Below, piece after piece: positions 54,189-62,225 of a stretch of DNA of 62,225 bases. The notes under the pieces are model-generated. The model ran no database searches. It saw only the letters and a list, made by a program, of their open reading frames with translations, and was not told the origin of the DNA. The DNA is from Gemmatimonadota bacterium (GTDB lineage Bacteria > Gemmatimonadota > Gemmatimonadetes > Gemmatimonadales > GWC2-71-9), in NCBI GenBank assembly GCA_039591485.1, contig JBDHDN010000001.1, forward strand, positions 1-62,225. Direction: 5' to 3'. The stretch's first letter is position 1. Each line of letters opens with the position of its first letter. Made by a program: the position numbers and the translations under genes.

Positions 54189-54713
54189 TTATTGCCCCCC
54201 GATCTCGGGGAACGCCTCGGCCAGCGCCTCGTCCACGCGGGCCGCAAAGGCCGCCTCGTTCTCCGCCACGATCGCCTCGGCGGCATCCCCGAGCTTGCTC
54301 GTCAGCTCTTCCTGCAGCGACAGGAGCTTGCTGCCGGTGGACGTGCGGTAGAACCGGGCAAGATCATCCGGCTCCGCGACCGTCAGGTGTGCGGCGTACA
54401 CCGCAGCCGATGCTTCCACCCAGGCCTCCGGCGTCAGGAACGCCGCCAGCGCAGTGCGGAAAATGCCGCGGACCTGCCCCCGCTCTTCGTCGGTCACTGG
54501 CCGGCCCAACTCCTCTTCCAGTGCATAGGCACTGGCGTTCCACGCGATGTCAGCGCCGAGCTCGAGCGCATCGGCGAGGGCTCCGCCGTCGACCTCGATC
54601 TGCGCCACCTCACGCGCCTGCTCGAGCCTCGCCTCCGGCGTGTCCGCCACCGGCGCCGCACATCCGCCGAGCACGAGTCCGGTGGCCAGCACGCCCATCC
54701 GCATACGCGTCAT
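54189..54713 (-). CDS. DUF2059-like periplasmic lipoprotein
   Basis: Start at MTRMRMGVLATGLVLGGCAAP behind a GAGGAGG RBS; the remainder is all-alpha and A/E-rich. The family assignment is tentative. Confidence 0.5.
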   Translation of the reverse strand: MTRMRMGVLATGLVLGGCAAPVADTPEARLEQAREVAQIEVDGGALADALELGADIAWNASAYALEEELGRPVTDEERGQVRGIFRTALAAFLTPEAWVEASAAVYAAHLTVAEPDDLARFYRTSTGSKLLSLQEELTSKLGDAAEAIVAENEAAFAARVDEALAEAFPEIGGQ

Positions 54714-54772
54714 GCCGAGTACCTCCTCATTCCTCGTAACCCTCGTCACCTGCGGTATATCACACGCATGCA

Positions 54773-54814
54773 CCCTCACCCTTCACTCTTCACCCCGCGT
54801 TCTGCACTCTTGAC
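54773..54814 (-). repeat. Heptanucleotide tandem array E (6 degenerate units)
   Basis: The sense (minus) strand reads GTCAAGA GTGCAGA ACGCGGG GTGAAGA GTGAAGG GTGAGGG, starting about 18 nt after the DUF4136 stop. The units match the 5' part of array A. Confidence 0.6.
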
Positions 54815-54831
54815 TCACGCAAAGCACCCGC

Positions 54832-55410
54832 TCACCCACTGTTCGGCGGGAAGTTCTCGAGCATCTTGTCGAGGATGCCATTCACGTCGGCCTGGGCTTG
54901 CTCCGGCGTCTGCTGCCGCTCGTCGATTTCCCCGCTCGCGGTGCTCGAGTAGACCATCTGCTTCTGCGCGACGTCGAACATCGCGACGATCAGCGTGCCC
55001 ACTTCGTAGCGGCGCTCCGTGGAGCTCGTCCGCATGCCGCCCATCGGCGGCCCGTACCAGTCGCCCCAGCCGTACCCGTACCCGCCCCAGCCCGTGCTTA
55101 CCGTCTGGTACGACGACCGTTCTTCCGTGGTGAGCTGATAGCCGACGGCGACGTCGGCCTGCTCCGGGGACTCGACGCGTCGCCACCCCTTGGCCGTCAG
55201 CGTCCGCGCGATGGCGGTCTTGATTCGCGCATCCCAGAAACCGGGAGCGCTGGCGTCGCCTGCTTCCTCGAGCACGAAGAACGTCTCGTAGCGACTGAAG
55301 TCTGCCGAGGGGTCGAAGTCCGTCCGGACCTGCATGCCACCGCACGCGACGATGGTCGCCCCCACCACCGTCACGATCATCCCACTCAGGAATCGTGTGG
55401 TTCGCTTCAT
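54832..55410 (-). CDS. DUF4136-domain lipoprotein
   Basis: The 192-aa product starts at MKRTTRFLSGMIVTVVGATIVACGG (lipobox) behind a GGAGG RBS. It contains ..DFSRYETFFV..VAVGYQL..GTLIVAMFDVAQKQMVY... Confidence 0.7.
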   Translation of the reverse strand: MKRTTRFLSGMIVTVVGATIVACGGMQVRTDFDPSADFSRYETFFVLEEAGDASAPGFWDARIKTAIARTLTAKGWRRVESPEQADVAVGYQLTTEERSSYQTVSTGWGGYGYGWGDWYGPPMGGMRTSSTERRYEVGTLIVAMFDVAQKQMVYSSTASGEIDERQQTPEQAQADVNGILDKMLENFPPNSG

Positions 55411-55520
55411 GATTGATCCTCCAGCGTTCATGTCTCTTGTGTCGACGGCAGCTCCCCCTGGACCGGATACAACCCAATGGCGAGCCTGCGGCCCATTCTC
55501 TCTGCGCGCATGCTCGGTAC

Positions 55521-56030
55521 TCACGGGAATGCCGCCCGCGCTCCATGCACGAACAGCGAGCGCAGCTTGTCCCAGAACTCTCCTCCCAGCACGAACAGGC
55601 TGGAGAGGAGCATCACATCTCCCACCACGGCGTAGACCAGCTCGTTCGTCTCGTAGGAAGGGATGTGATGTCCCAGGTACGGTGCCGCCCAGGCGATCGC
55701 AATGGGCGCCAGAAACATCACGAGACCGATCCGGTACCGCGTGGCGCTCACCCGCTCGGCTGGGCCATACTGCTTGAAAAACGCCTTCAACCGCCGCTTG
55801 ATGCCGCCGGTCAGGAACGCGAACCCGTCCTTCCCCAGGATGGCGACGGCGACCATCATACCCAACTCCGGGATGCCCATCATGAGGAGTCCCGAAACGG
55901 TCGTCTTCCAACCCGCGGGAAGCTCGCTCGCGGCCACAACCGGCACGAGTAGCGGGGCGGCAAACCCGGCCACGAAGACCGTACCGCCAACGACCAGGCG
56001 GGCTCGCGGAGGGCGGGCAGCTGAGGGCAT
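55521..56030 (-). CDS. Small polytopic membrane protein (transporter-suffix-domain-like)
   Basis: Start at MPSAARPPRARLVVGGTVFVAGFAAPLLVP; four hydrophobic helices; ..ILGKDGFAFLTGGIKRRLKAFF.. is present. The 5' part of the track ORF is Arg-rich and was rejected. Confidence 0.5.
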   Translation of the reverse strand: MPSAARPPRARLVVGGTVFVAGFAAPLLVPVVAASELPAGWKTTVSGLLMMGIPELGMMVAVAILGKDGFAFLTGGIKRRLKAFFKQYGPAERVSATRYRIGLVMFLAPIAIAWAAPYLGHHIPSYETNELVYAVVGDVMLLSSLFVLGGEFWDKLRSLFVHGARAAFP

Positions 56031-56058
56031 AAGGTCGCGCTCGCGCCGTCTCGTCGAG

Positions 56059-56898
56059 CTACCCGACCGGGATGCTGAACGACACGTTGAGCCGGATCTT
56101 GTTCTTGGCCGCCGCCCCCGGCCAGTCGTTCGTCGCAAAATCGGTCGCGTACTCGACGTAGAAGTTCCAGGTGTTCTTCGGGGTCACCATCACGTAACCC
56201 AGGCGGGCGCCAACCGGCAGCTTCCATCCTTTGAACTCCCAGCTGTATTGCGCCACCAAGTCGTTCGTGCCGAGGTAGAACCCCTTGCCGAGTTGGAGGT
56301 TGATGAACGGGTTGATGACAAGTGGGTTCGCCCCGGTCTCCGTGCTATCGGTCGGCACGGGTTGGTCCGGATCGATCACGTCACGCCGACCCCAGGTCTG
56401 CTGGACCAGCAGCCCGACCATCATCTTCTCGTTGAAGAACCGCTGAATCACCGCACCCGCCAGACCGTACGCCCACTCGTTGCTCCCCACCTTCGCGCTT
56501 CCTGGAATGACCAGGTCAGGGCCGATGCCAGCGCGTCCTGTGGACCACTGGAACGGAACGATGAGGGCGAACAGATCCGTAGGGGACAGGCCCCATTCGC
56601 CGTCCTTGTTCTCGGAGAGGCGCACGGTGAGGCGCGGCAGAATGGACACCTTGCCGAGCGGGATCGGCGCCACCATCCGGTACTGGAAGTAGCCCTTGTT
56701 GCCTTCCGGACGGGCCAACCCGTTGGCGAGGGTGTCCTGCCGGTAGTCCGTGTTCGCCTGGTAGGCGAACTGGAGCGACCACTGTGCGGCGGTATTGTCC
56801 AGCGCCATCGACTCGCGGCTCTGTTCCTGCGCCGCAATGGGCTGTGCGCCAACCATCAAGACCGCGAACGCGAGCGCCCCTGACACCGAGCTCTTCAT
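56059..56898 (-). CDS. Outer-membrane beta-barrel protein, family not recognised
   Basis: Track ORF of 279 aa with signal peptide MKSSVSGALAFAVLMVGAQPIAAQ, alternating amphipathic strands and a C-terminus ..IRLNVSFSIPVG. Confidence 0.55.
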   Translation of the reverse strand: MKSSVSGALAFAVLMVGAQPIAAQEQSRESMALDNTAAQWSLQFAYQANTDYRQDTLANGLARPEGNKGYFQYRMVAPIPLGKVSILPRLTVRLSENKDGEWGLSPTDLFALIVPFQWSTGRAGIGPDLVIPGSAKVGSNEWAYGLAGAVIQRFFNEKMMVGLLVQQTWGRRDVIDPDQPVPTDSTETGANPLVINPFINLQLGKGFYLGTNDLVAQYSWEFKGWKLPVGARLGYVMVTPKNTWNFYVEYATDFATNDWPGAAAKNKIRLNVSFSIPVG

Positions 56899-56913
56899 GA
56901 TTCACCACTCCCT

Positions 56914-57288
56914 TCACCGTGATTGTCCATGATCCGATCTTCCTTCCCGTTGTGACTCGGCACACCAGCCTTCACGTTCGCGGAGCACGCTGATGCTCCA
57001 GCTCGTCGCCAGTATGCGCAGAGCCCCTTTGAGCGCACGAAACCGCTCGCTCGCCAGATACGGCTGGTCCATCGAGTCGGCCTGTAGCCGGGCAGTGCCG
57101 CAGACGTGCCTGGGATCATCGATCCCCTCGTAGAACACGAAACCGGTGCCCGGTCCCAGGCTGCGAGCCGACAGAAGGAACTCCGCACGCTTCCCCTCGC
57201 GTACCCACGCGGTGAGCAATAAGGTGATCGCTCCCGACGTGTCTCGGCTCCGGTCGCCGAGCTTGTCTTCACTCGATTGGTGGGCCAA
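56914..57288 (-). CDS. Possible ABM (antibiotic-biosynthesis-monooxygenase-like) small protein
   Basis: Track ORF of 124 aa with a weak ferredoxin-like pattern ITLLLTAWVREGKRAEFL..GFVFYEGIDDP..SERFRALKGAL. The competing frame 56895..57293 looks like Arg-rich shadow. Confidence 0.35.
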   Translation of the reverse strand: MAHQSSEDKLGDRSRDTSGAITLLLTAWVREGKRAEFLLSARSLGPGTGFVFYEGIDDPRHVCGTARLQADSMDQPYLASERFRALKGALRILATSWSISVLREREGWCAESQREGRSDHGQSR

Positions 57289-57378
57289 CCCATCCTCCCT
57301 CCTGGAGCGTCTCCGCGATCACGAGTTACGCGGCCGGGGTCGACCGGCGACCCGCGTTCCTCAGGTACGGCTCCTGCA

Positions 57379-58344
57379 CTACTGCCGGGTCCAAATCAGC
57401 ACGACTCCACACGGGTCGTAATACTCCCCCGGTACGAATGCGCCGACGTACACTTCCAGCGCCTCGACCCAGTCCACGGGATAGGTGTTGATGTCGAACC
57501 CGGGCGTGCGCATCCCGTCGATCCACACCGACAGCTCGCATCGTTCCCCGCGCGTGGAGCGCAGCACCCAGTCGCCGAATGCATCCCGATCCGCTCGCAC
57601 CGACGGGATGACGTCGAACAGCTGGGTCAGCTCGAACGGATTGCGCCGCTCGATGTCCGCACGCGTGAATTGACGGCCGCCGGCGGCTGACCGTGCGCGG
57701 CGATAGAACCCAGCCGCCTCGAGGTGCCGTGACCGCACGGTCACCACCATGGGCTCCAGCACGATCGGCTGCGCGGCCATCGAGATCGTCAGCTCCAGCG
57801 TGACCCCCGGAAACGCCGCGATCGTGTCGATCCGCGGCTCGTAGCCGACCCGGCGCAACTCGATCTGCAGGGCTCCCGAGGTGATATCCTCGATCTCGAA
57901 CTGGCCCTGTGCATCGGCCGTCGCAGTCTGTTCCGTCGGGAACAGCCGGATCTCCACCCCATCCACCGGCCGACCAGACTCCTCATCCACCACCTGCCCC
58001 ACCAGATTCCCGTTGCCGAGCGGCGCGTCCTGGTCTTCTTCCTCCAGGTCGACGATGAACTCCATCGGGCCCTCGAAATTCACCGCCTCGATAGCCATGT
58101 TGTAGCCGCGCTTGAGCGCGATGAACCGGTAGACGCCCTCCTGCACACCCTCCAGCTCAAACACGCCGGCCTCGTCTGACAGATCCCAGATCTCGAGCTC
58201 GGGAATGCCGACCACGGCGTACTGGAGCGGGATGTTCTGCTCCTGGTTCACTACCATACCACGCACCGTGAACGTCTCCTGAGCGGTCAGGAGCTGCGGG
58301 ATGGCCGCCAGGGCGAGTAGCGACAGAGCAGTGCGAAGTCGCAT
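57379..58344 (-). CDS. Carboxypeptidase-regulatory-like domains (x2) plus a TonB-receptor plug-like domain protein
   Basis: Start at MRLRTALSLLALAAIPQLLTAQ. It has two CarboxypepD_reg-like repeats (VRGMVVNQEQNIPLQYAVV.., LVGQVVDEESGRPVDGVEIRLF..) and a C-terminal plug-like part ..VIPSVRA..VWIDGMR..EALEVY... Confidence 0.65.
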   Translation of the reverse strand: MRLRTALSLLALAAIPQLLTAQETFTVRGMVVNQEQNIPLQYAVVGIPELEIWDLSDEAGVFELEGVQEGVYRFIALKRGYNMAIEAVNFEGPMEFIVDLEEEDQDAPLGNGNLVGQVVDEESGRPVDGVEIRLFPTEQTATADAQGQFEIEDITSGALQIELRRVGYEPRIDTIAAFPGVTLELTISMAAQPIVLEPMVVTVRSRHLEAAGFYRRARSAAGGRQFTRADIERRNPFELTQLFDVIPSVRADRDAFGDWVLRSTRGERCELSVWIDGMRTPGFDINTYPVDWVEALEVYVGAFVPGEYYDPCGVVLIWTRQ

Positions 58345-58674
58345 GGTACCAGACCTCACTTGCACGAAGGATCGAGGGTCGCACCGCCGGGAGGCGGAGA
58401 TCGATACCCGGGGGGGTGGCACGCACCGTGCCAACGGCGGCTCCCTACGCCCACGGCTGGAAGTCTATTGCCGATGGGCACTTGCGATTCCACTATGGAC
58501 AGCGATGGCTCAGCCGCGGGCGTGACATGTCGCGCCGCGCGAGATGTCACGTCGGGGCACGACCGAGGCGACCGCAGAACGGCAACGGAGGTGTATCAGA
58601 GAATGCCGACAAACACACACACCCCGACCCCACCGACGTGAATCGGCCCTTCACAGCAGTTCGGTTACACAAAG

Positions 58675-58714
58675 ACCACGGTGACCTGGAACGACCTGTC
58701 CAGGTCACCGTGGT
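58675..58714 (-). terminator. Perfect 16-bp-stem hairpin downstream of DUF3604 copy 3
   Basis: ACCACGGTGACCTGGA (58675-58690), an 8-nt loop, then TCCAGGTCACCGTGGT (58699-58714). On the minus strand it starts 21 nt after the TAG stop and is followed by CTTTGTGT. Confidence 0.65.
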
Positions 58715-58735
58715 TTGCCCAAGCTGTGGGCTGAG

Positions 58736-60727
58736 CTAGTTCTCCGGCGTATACCAGATCGGACTCGTGTACGCCCGCTCCTGCGTGATCATCGGTACGT
58801 CGGACGACATCGTAATCCCGAAGCGCTTGGCCTCGTAGGCGGTCCACCGCGGGGTCGGGATCTCGATGACCCGTGCGTAGTACACGGCCGGTTGGTCCGG
58901 ATCGAAGTCCGGATCGGTCCACACCGTGAGCAGCTCAGGTGCTCCGATCGTGTTGGTCCAGGTGGCGTTGGCAATGTCTACCGTGTTGCCGACGGAAGTA
59001 CGACAGCGTCCGTCAGAGCCGATGGAGCGGCCGTCGGACACGGCCACGTCGTAGACCCGCTCCTGCCGCGCTCCGCCGGCATCGAGCCAGCCCTTGACGA
59101 TCTGGATCCGGTCCAGGTTGCCCGAGAGGGGATCCTTGAGGGCCCCGACGAGGAACGTGGGTGAGCGGCCGTCCGGACGGTTCGTCAGGTCACCGCCCAT
59201 CGGGACACCCTTGGTGTACCCGACGTCCGCGGGCAACCGGTTCATGGCGTCATCCTCGGTGAACTCCCAGCCACCGAAGAACCGTACGAGCATCCTCGAG
59301 CCGGTCGTCGCATAGGTTTCCTTGCGCCGCATCGCCTCGAACAGCGCCTCGCGCGTGTTCTCCCGCGCCCACACGGCAGCCAGGCCCGACCCCACCATGG
59401 ACCACCCCTCGTACTTCTTGTCACCCACCTGGGCCATCGGGTGCTCCCACCGCTCCGGGCTCGGCTCCGCACCGGAGTGCTTGCCGAAGAAGTTGTCTTC
59501 TTGGGCGGTGGCGAGGCCGGTGTGTGAGTCGGTGGAGCCGATCATACCGAACTTGTACGGGTTCACACCCAGCTCCTGCTCGAGCTGCAGCCCGATCTGC
59601 AGTGCGGAGCGGGCGTACTCGTACTGCAGCATGTCGTTGTCTTTGGACACGCTCAGATCGAGATTGCCCTGATCCCATGTCTCGTAGTCGGCGAACTCGT
59701 CGTTGGGCGACAGGAACGGATGGGCCTCGCCGTCACCCTTGATCTGGGTGGCCTCGTACAGCGGCTCCCACTTGGCGCGCGTCTCGGCGTACGCACGGTC
59801 GAACGGCATGCCGGTGAAGCTATCGACCGTCGGGAACATAATGCCGTTGGAGAGATTCCCGTTGTGCGCCAGTGCCAGCACCCTGCCTCCGGTCTTGTCC
59901 TGATACATCTGGAGCCAGCTCCACAGGTCGCGCGGGTTGTCGCTGCCCAACGGCTTGAGGGTGGTGTACGGCTCCACCATGCTGGCCTTGTCACCGCCGT
60001 CCCGCATGATCACGACCCGGTGCAGGTTGTTGCCCCCGGTGTTCGAGGTCCACTCGTAGCCGATGAAGGCCGTGAACTCGCCGGGGTCGTTGTACTTCTC
60101 CGCGGCGTCGATGGTCTCCTCCCACGCAGCCTGGTAGGCCTCGTCACCGGGCAGGGATGCCAGCGCCTCGGGGAACGTCCCCTGCGAGAAGGCCACGATC
60201 ACCTCGACCGCGACCTGCACGGCGGTCTGACCGCCCTCCCGGATCATCTCGTACCACCGCTTCCCAGTGGAATCCGCGAGCATGTCCGGGTCGCCGGCGT
60301 AGAGCCGCGGGAAGAACCCCATGTTGTCCGAGTGGTCGGCCACCACGAGGAAGTCGAGCGGCCGCGACAGCTTCACCTGCAGGCCGGTCGACGAGGTGAG
60401 CTCCTCGCCGAGAGCGAACCGATACGCGTCCTCGGGCGTGAGCCGCGCGCCGAACGCACCCGCGTCCATGGACATGCCGGTGTGCAGGTGGGTGTCCCCC
60501 CAGTAGACCGCCGTCGGGAAGTTCCGCCCGGCATAGGGTGAGTAGTGCTTCTGGGACTTGAACGCGTCCTGGATGGTCTCGGGCGGTGGCGCTGGCAAGC
60601 CTACCGGATCCTGGGCGAGGGTCTCCCCGATCCAGCTCACGGTCAGGATGCCTATGACAAGACCAATGCGTACGGCACCTCGCATGCGTACCTCCGAAGG
60701 GGATAGCTGCAGTCGCCTGACTGCCAT
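58736..60727 (-). CDS. DUF3604-family protein (PHP/amidohydrolase-like HxH metallohydrolase fold inferred), copy 3, intact
   Basis: Track ORF of 663 aa with a signal peptide (..IGLVIGILTVSWIGETLAQ). It contains [56 protein letters not shown] and the C-terminus [33 protein letters not shown]. An alternative start lies at 60685. Confidence 0.85.
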   Translation of the reverse strand: MAVRRLQLSPSEVRMRGAVRIGLVIGILTVSWIGETLAQDPVGLPAPPPETIQDAFKSQKHYSPYAGRNFPTAVYWGDTHLHTGMSMDAGAFGARLTPEDAYRFALGEELTSSTGLQVKLSRPLDFLVVADHSDNMGFFPRLYAGDPDMLADSTGKRWYEMIREGGQTAVQVAVEVIVAFSQGTFPEALASLPGDEAYQAAWEETIDAAEKYNDPGEFTAFIGYEWTSNTGGNNLHRVVIMRDGGDKASMVEPYTTLKPLGSDNPRDLWSWLQMYQDKTGGRVLALAHNGNLSNGIMFPTVDSFTGMPFDRAYAETRAKWEPLYEATQIKGDGEAHPFLSPNDEFADYETWDQGNLDLSVSKDNDMLQYEYARSALQIGLQLEQELGVNPYKFGMIGSTDSHTGLATAQEDNFFGKHSGAEPSPERWEHPMAQVGDKKYEGWSMVGSGLAAVWARENTREALFEAMRRKETYATTGSRMLVRFFGGWEFTEDDAMNRLPADVGYTKGVPMGGDLTNRPDGRSPTFLVGALKDPLSGNLDRIQIVKGWLDAGGARQERVYDVAVSDGRSIGSDGRCRTSVGNTVDIANATWTNTIGAPELLTVWTDPDFDPDQPAVYYARVIEIPTPRWTAYEAKRFGITMSSDVPMITQERAYTSPIWYTPEN

Positions 60728-60847
60728 GGTCTACCGTGCCAAGGGTCGCAGATTCTAACTCCTAGGATTGGCTTCCGCTACAGCCGACCTCGGCGCAGTC
60801 GATGCCATAGTCCTCCGACCGGCTGCGATATTCCGCGGGTGTTCCTC

Positions 60848-60960
60848 TCAGCCGCTACTGGGCGGGAAGTCCGTGAGCATTTGTTCGACCGCCTTGTTCA
60901 CGTCGGCCTGGGCCTGCTGTGGCGTCCGCCGCCGCTCGTCGATGGTCTCGCTCCCAGTAG
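60848..60960 (-). pseudogene. C-terminal stump of a DUF4136-family gene
   Basis: The minus-strand frame reads (TGA)WVATGSETIDERRRTPQQAQADVNKAVEQMLTDFPPSSG(TGA), aligning to the last 35 aa of 54832..55410 (..SGEIDERQQTPEQAQADVNGILDKMLENFPPNSG). The DNA identity is visible by eye. Nothing of the N-terminal ~155 aa remains. Confidence 0.6.
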
Positions 60961-62225
60961 CGACCCATCAGCCTCATAGACCTGTCTGCCATCCATCCAG
61001 GTCTCATGGATCTTGATGTCCGAGATCGCCCGCGGGTCCACCGTGCGCGGGTCGCCTTCGAGCACGACGAAATCGGCGAGCTTCCCGGGCTCGAGGCTGC
61101 CGATCTCGTCCTCAGAGTGGCACAGCCAGGCCGCATCTCGCGTGATGGATCGTATCGCGGCTTCGACCCCGACCCGCTCCTGCGGTGCCAGAATCGTGTC
61201 CGGCTCCTTCCAGAGATCCCGTACCACTGCGACGCGGATCTTGTGGAGCGACCCCAACGGCGAGACCGGCGCGTCCGTGTGCATGGTCCAGATGAGGCCT
61301 GCGGCCTCGGCGCTGCCGCAGCGGTCGAGCCACTGCACCTTCTCCGGGCCGAACACGTTGTCGCGCATCACGTGGCCCCAGTAGTGCACGTGATTGATCA
61401 GGAAGCTCGGGGCGATCCCGAGAGCCTTGCAGCGGTCGATCTGGTCATCGTGAAGGATGGAGCAGTGCTCGATCCGGCAGCGCAGCGATTGGATGTCGAC
61501 CCCTTGATCGCGAGCATTCTCACAGGCATCGAGAATGGCGTCAATGGCGGCATCACCGTTGCCATGGAGGGCCAGGGGCCATCCCTGCGTTGCCCGTGTG
61601 AGGACGTGGTCGGTAAGGACCGCCGGTTCCACGTAGAAGATGCCTTTGGAGTCCCGGCCCACATACGGCTCCCGCTGTCGTCCGGTATACCCCTGGTTGG
61701 ACCCGTCGACGACCATCTTCCACCCCGACACCCGCATGAAGGGGTCGCCGTACCCTGGCTCGACTCCCACCTCGTCCCACTCCTCTGCTTTGCCGTCGAA
61801 GAGGTAGGCCCGAATGCGAGTCTTCATGCGACCCCCGACGAACATCTGCTCGAAGCCTCTGATGTCTGCCGCGGCGCCGAAAGCGCCCGCCGCCATGTCG
61901 CAGAGCGTCGTGATGCCGAGAGCGGCGGCCTGCTCGCCGACCTCGATTCCGGCGTCGACGAAGCCGGTCTCCATTCGTGTAACGATTGCCTCGTTCAGCA
62001 GAACGACCGGGAGATGGGCGTTGACACCGTAGAGCACGCCGTTGGGTGAGCCGTCCTCGTATCGTCCGTATTGAGCGCCCTGAGGATCGGGGGTGTCTCT
62101 GGTGATCCCGGCGAGTGCCAAGGCCTTGCTGTTGACATACGCGATGTGGCCGGAGGCATTCAGCACGAACATCGGACGATCACTCGAAATCGCGTCGAGC
62201 TCCTGGATCGTCAGGTCGCGCGGGG
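60898..62225 (-). CDS. Amidohydrolase-3-family metal-dependent hydrolase; 5' end runs off the right edge
   Basis: Track ORF 60898..62172, but the frame stays open to the window edge (..PRDLTIQELDAISSDRPMFVLNASGHIAYVNSKAL..). It contains ..ALHGNGDAAID..RIEHCSIL..HTDAPV..GSLEPGKLADFVVL... The last ~25 codons read out-of-frame through the DUF4136 stump. Confidence 0.8.
   Translation of the reverse strand, partial: PRDLTIQELDAISSDRPMFVLNASGHIAYVNSKALALAGITRDTPDPQGAQYGRYEDGSPNGVLYGVNAHLPVVLLNEAIVTRMETGFVDAGIEVGEQAAALGITTLCDMAAGAFGAAADIRGFEQMFVGGRMKTRIRAYLFDGKAEEWDEVGVEPGYGDPFMRVSGWKMVVDGSNQGYTGRQREPYVGRDSKGIFYVEPAVLTDHVLTRATQGWPLALHGNGDAAIDAILDACENARDQGVDIQSLRCRIEHCSILHDDQIDRCKALGIAPSFLINHVHYWGHVMRDNVFGPEKVQWLDRCGSAEAAGLIWTMHTDAPVSPLGSLHKIRVAVVRDLWKEPDTILAPQERVGVEAAIRSITRDAAWLCHSEDEIGSLEPGKLADFVVLEGDPRTVDPRAISDIKIHETWMDGRQVYEADGSLLGARPSTSGGGRHSRPRPT

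Overview
This is a 62.2-kb segment, about two-thirds G+C by eye (not computed), from a diderm bacterium. It carries many outer-membrane beta-barrels, lipoproteins and an RND/OMF pump. The phylum cannot be assigned from sequence alone. I support about 60 protein genes, tightly packed and mostly on the minus strand. I found no rRNA, tRNA, CRISPR array, transposase or integrase.

Gene content from left to right:
- GH65 phosphorylase, beta-phosphoglucomutase and a GT4 glycosyltransferase
- small envelope proteins
- a DAACS symporter, family-3 SBP, mini K+ channel and Omp85 operon
- an OMF-MFP-RND efflux pump
- an EEP hydrolase
- VapBC pair 1
- cytochrome b, Rieske protein and a multihaem c/TPR protein
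- VapBC pairs 2 and 3 in tandem
- a MacB-type ABC transporter with a ZnuA-like lipoprotein
- a parvulin PPIase and a 734-aa membrane protein
- VapBC pair 4
- nadC and nadA
- arylsulfatase 1 and a HAD hydrolase
- a 21-bp repeat array
- a HEPN-MNT pair
- an OprP-type porin and an alpha-carbonic anhydrase
- a MoxR/DUF58/DUF4381/VWA/BatD operon
- an envelope cassette with arylsulfatase 2, DUF3604 paralogues, glycine-zipper, DUF2059 and DUF4136 proteins
- a partial amidohydrolase

The most unusual signals are:
1. A family of strand-locked heptanucleotide tandem arrays (GTGCAGA type) fills five intercistronic spacers, each starting at or just after the upstream stop codon.
2. About 20 copies of a 21-bp repeat with palindromic AAGCTT cores lie upstream of the HEPN-MNT pair.
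3. A single in-frame TAA separates the DAACS symporter from a signal-peptide-less family-3 SBP. The stop lies inside a predicted extra TM helix, and a KcsA-like channel follows.
4. DUF3604-centred cassettes are present in three states: intact, frameshifted and a nonsense-riddled stump. There is also a DUF4136 stump and a sulfatase paralogue with an in-frame deletion.

Many of the longest ORFs in the supplied track are antisense shadow ORFs typical of high-GC DNA, and I rejected them. Coordinates for repeats and hairpins were located by hand against ORF-track anchors and may be off by 1-2 nt.
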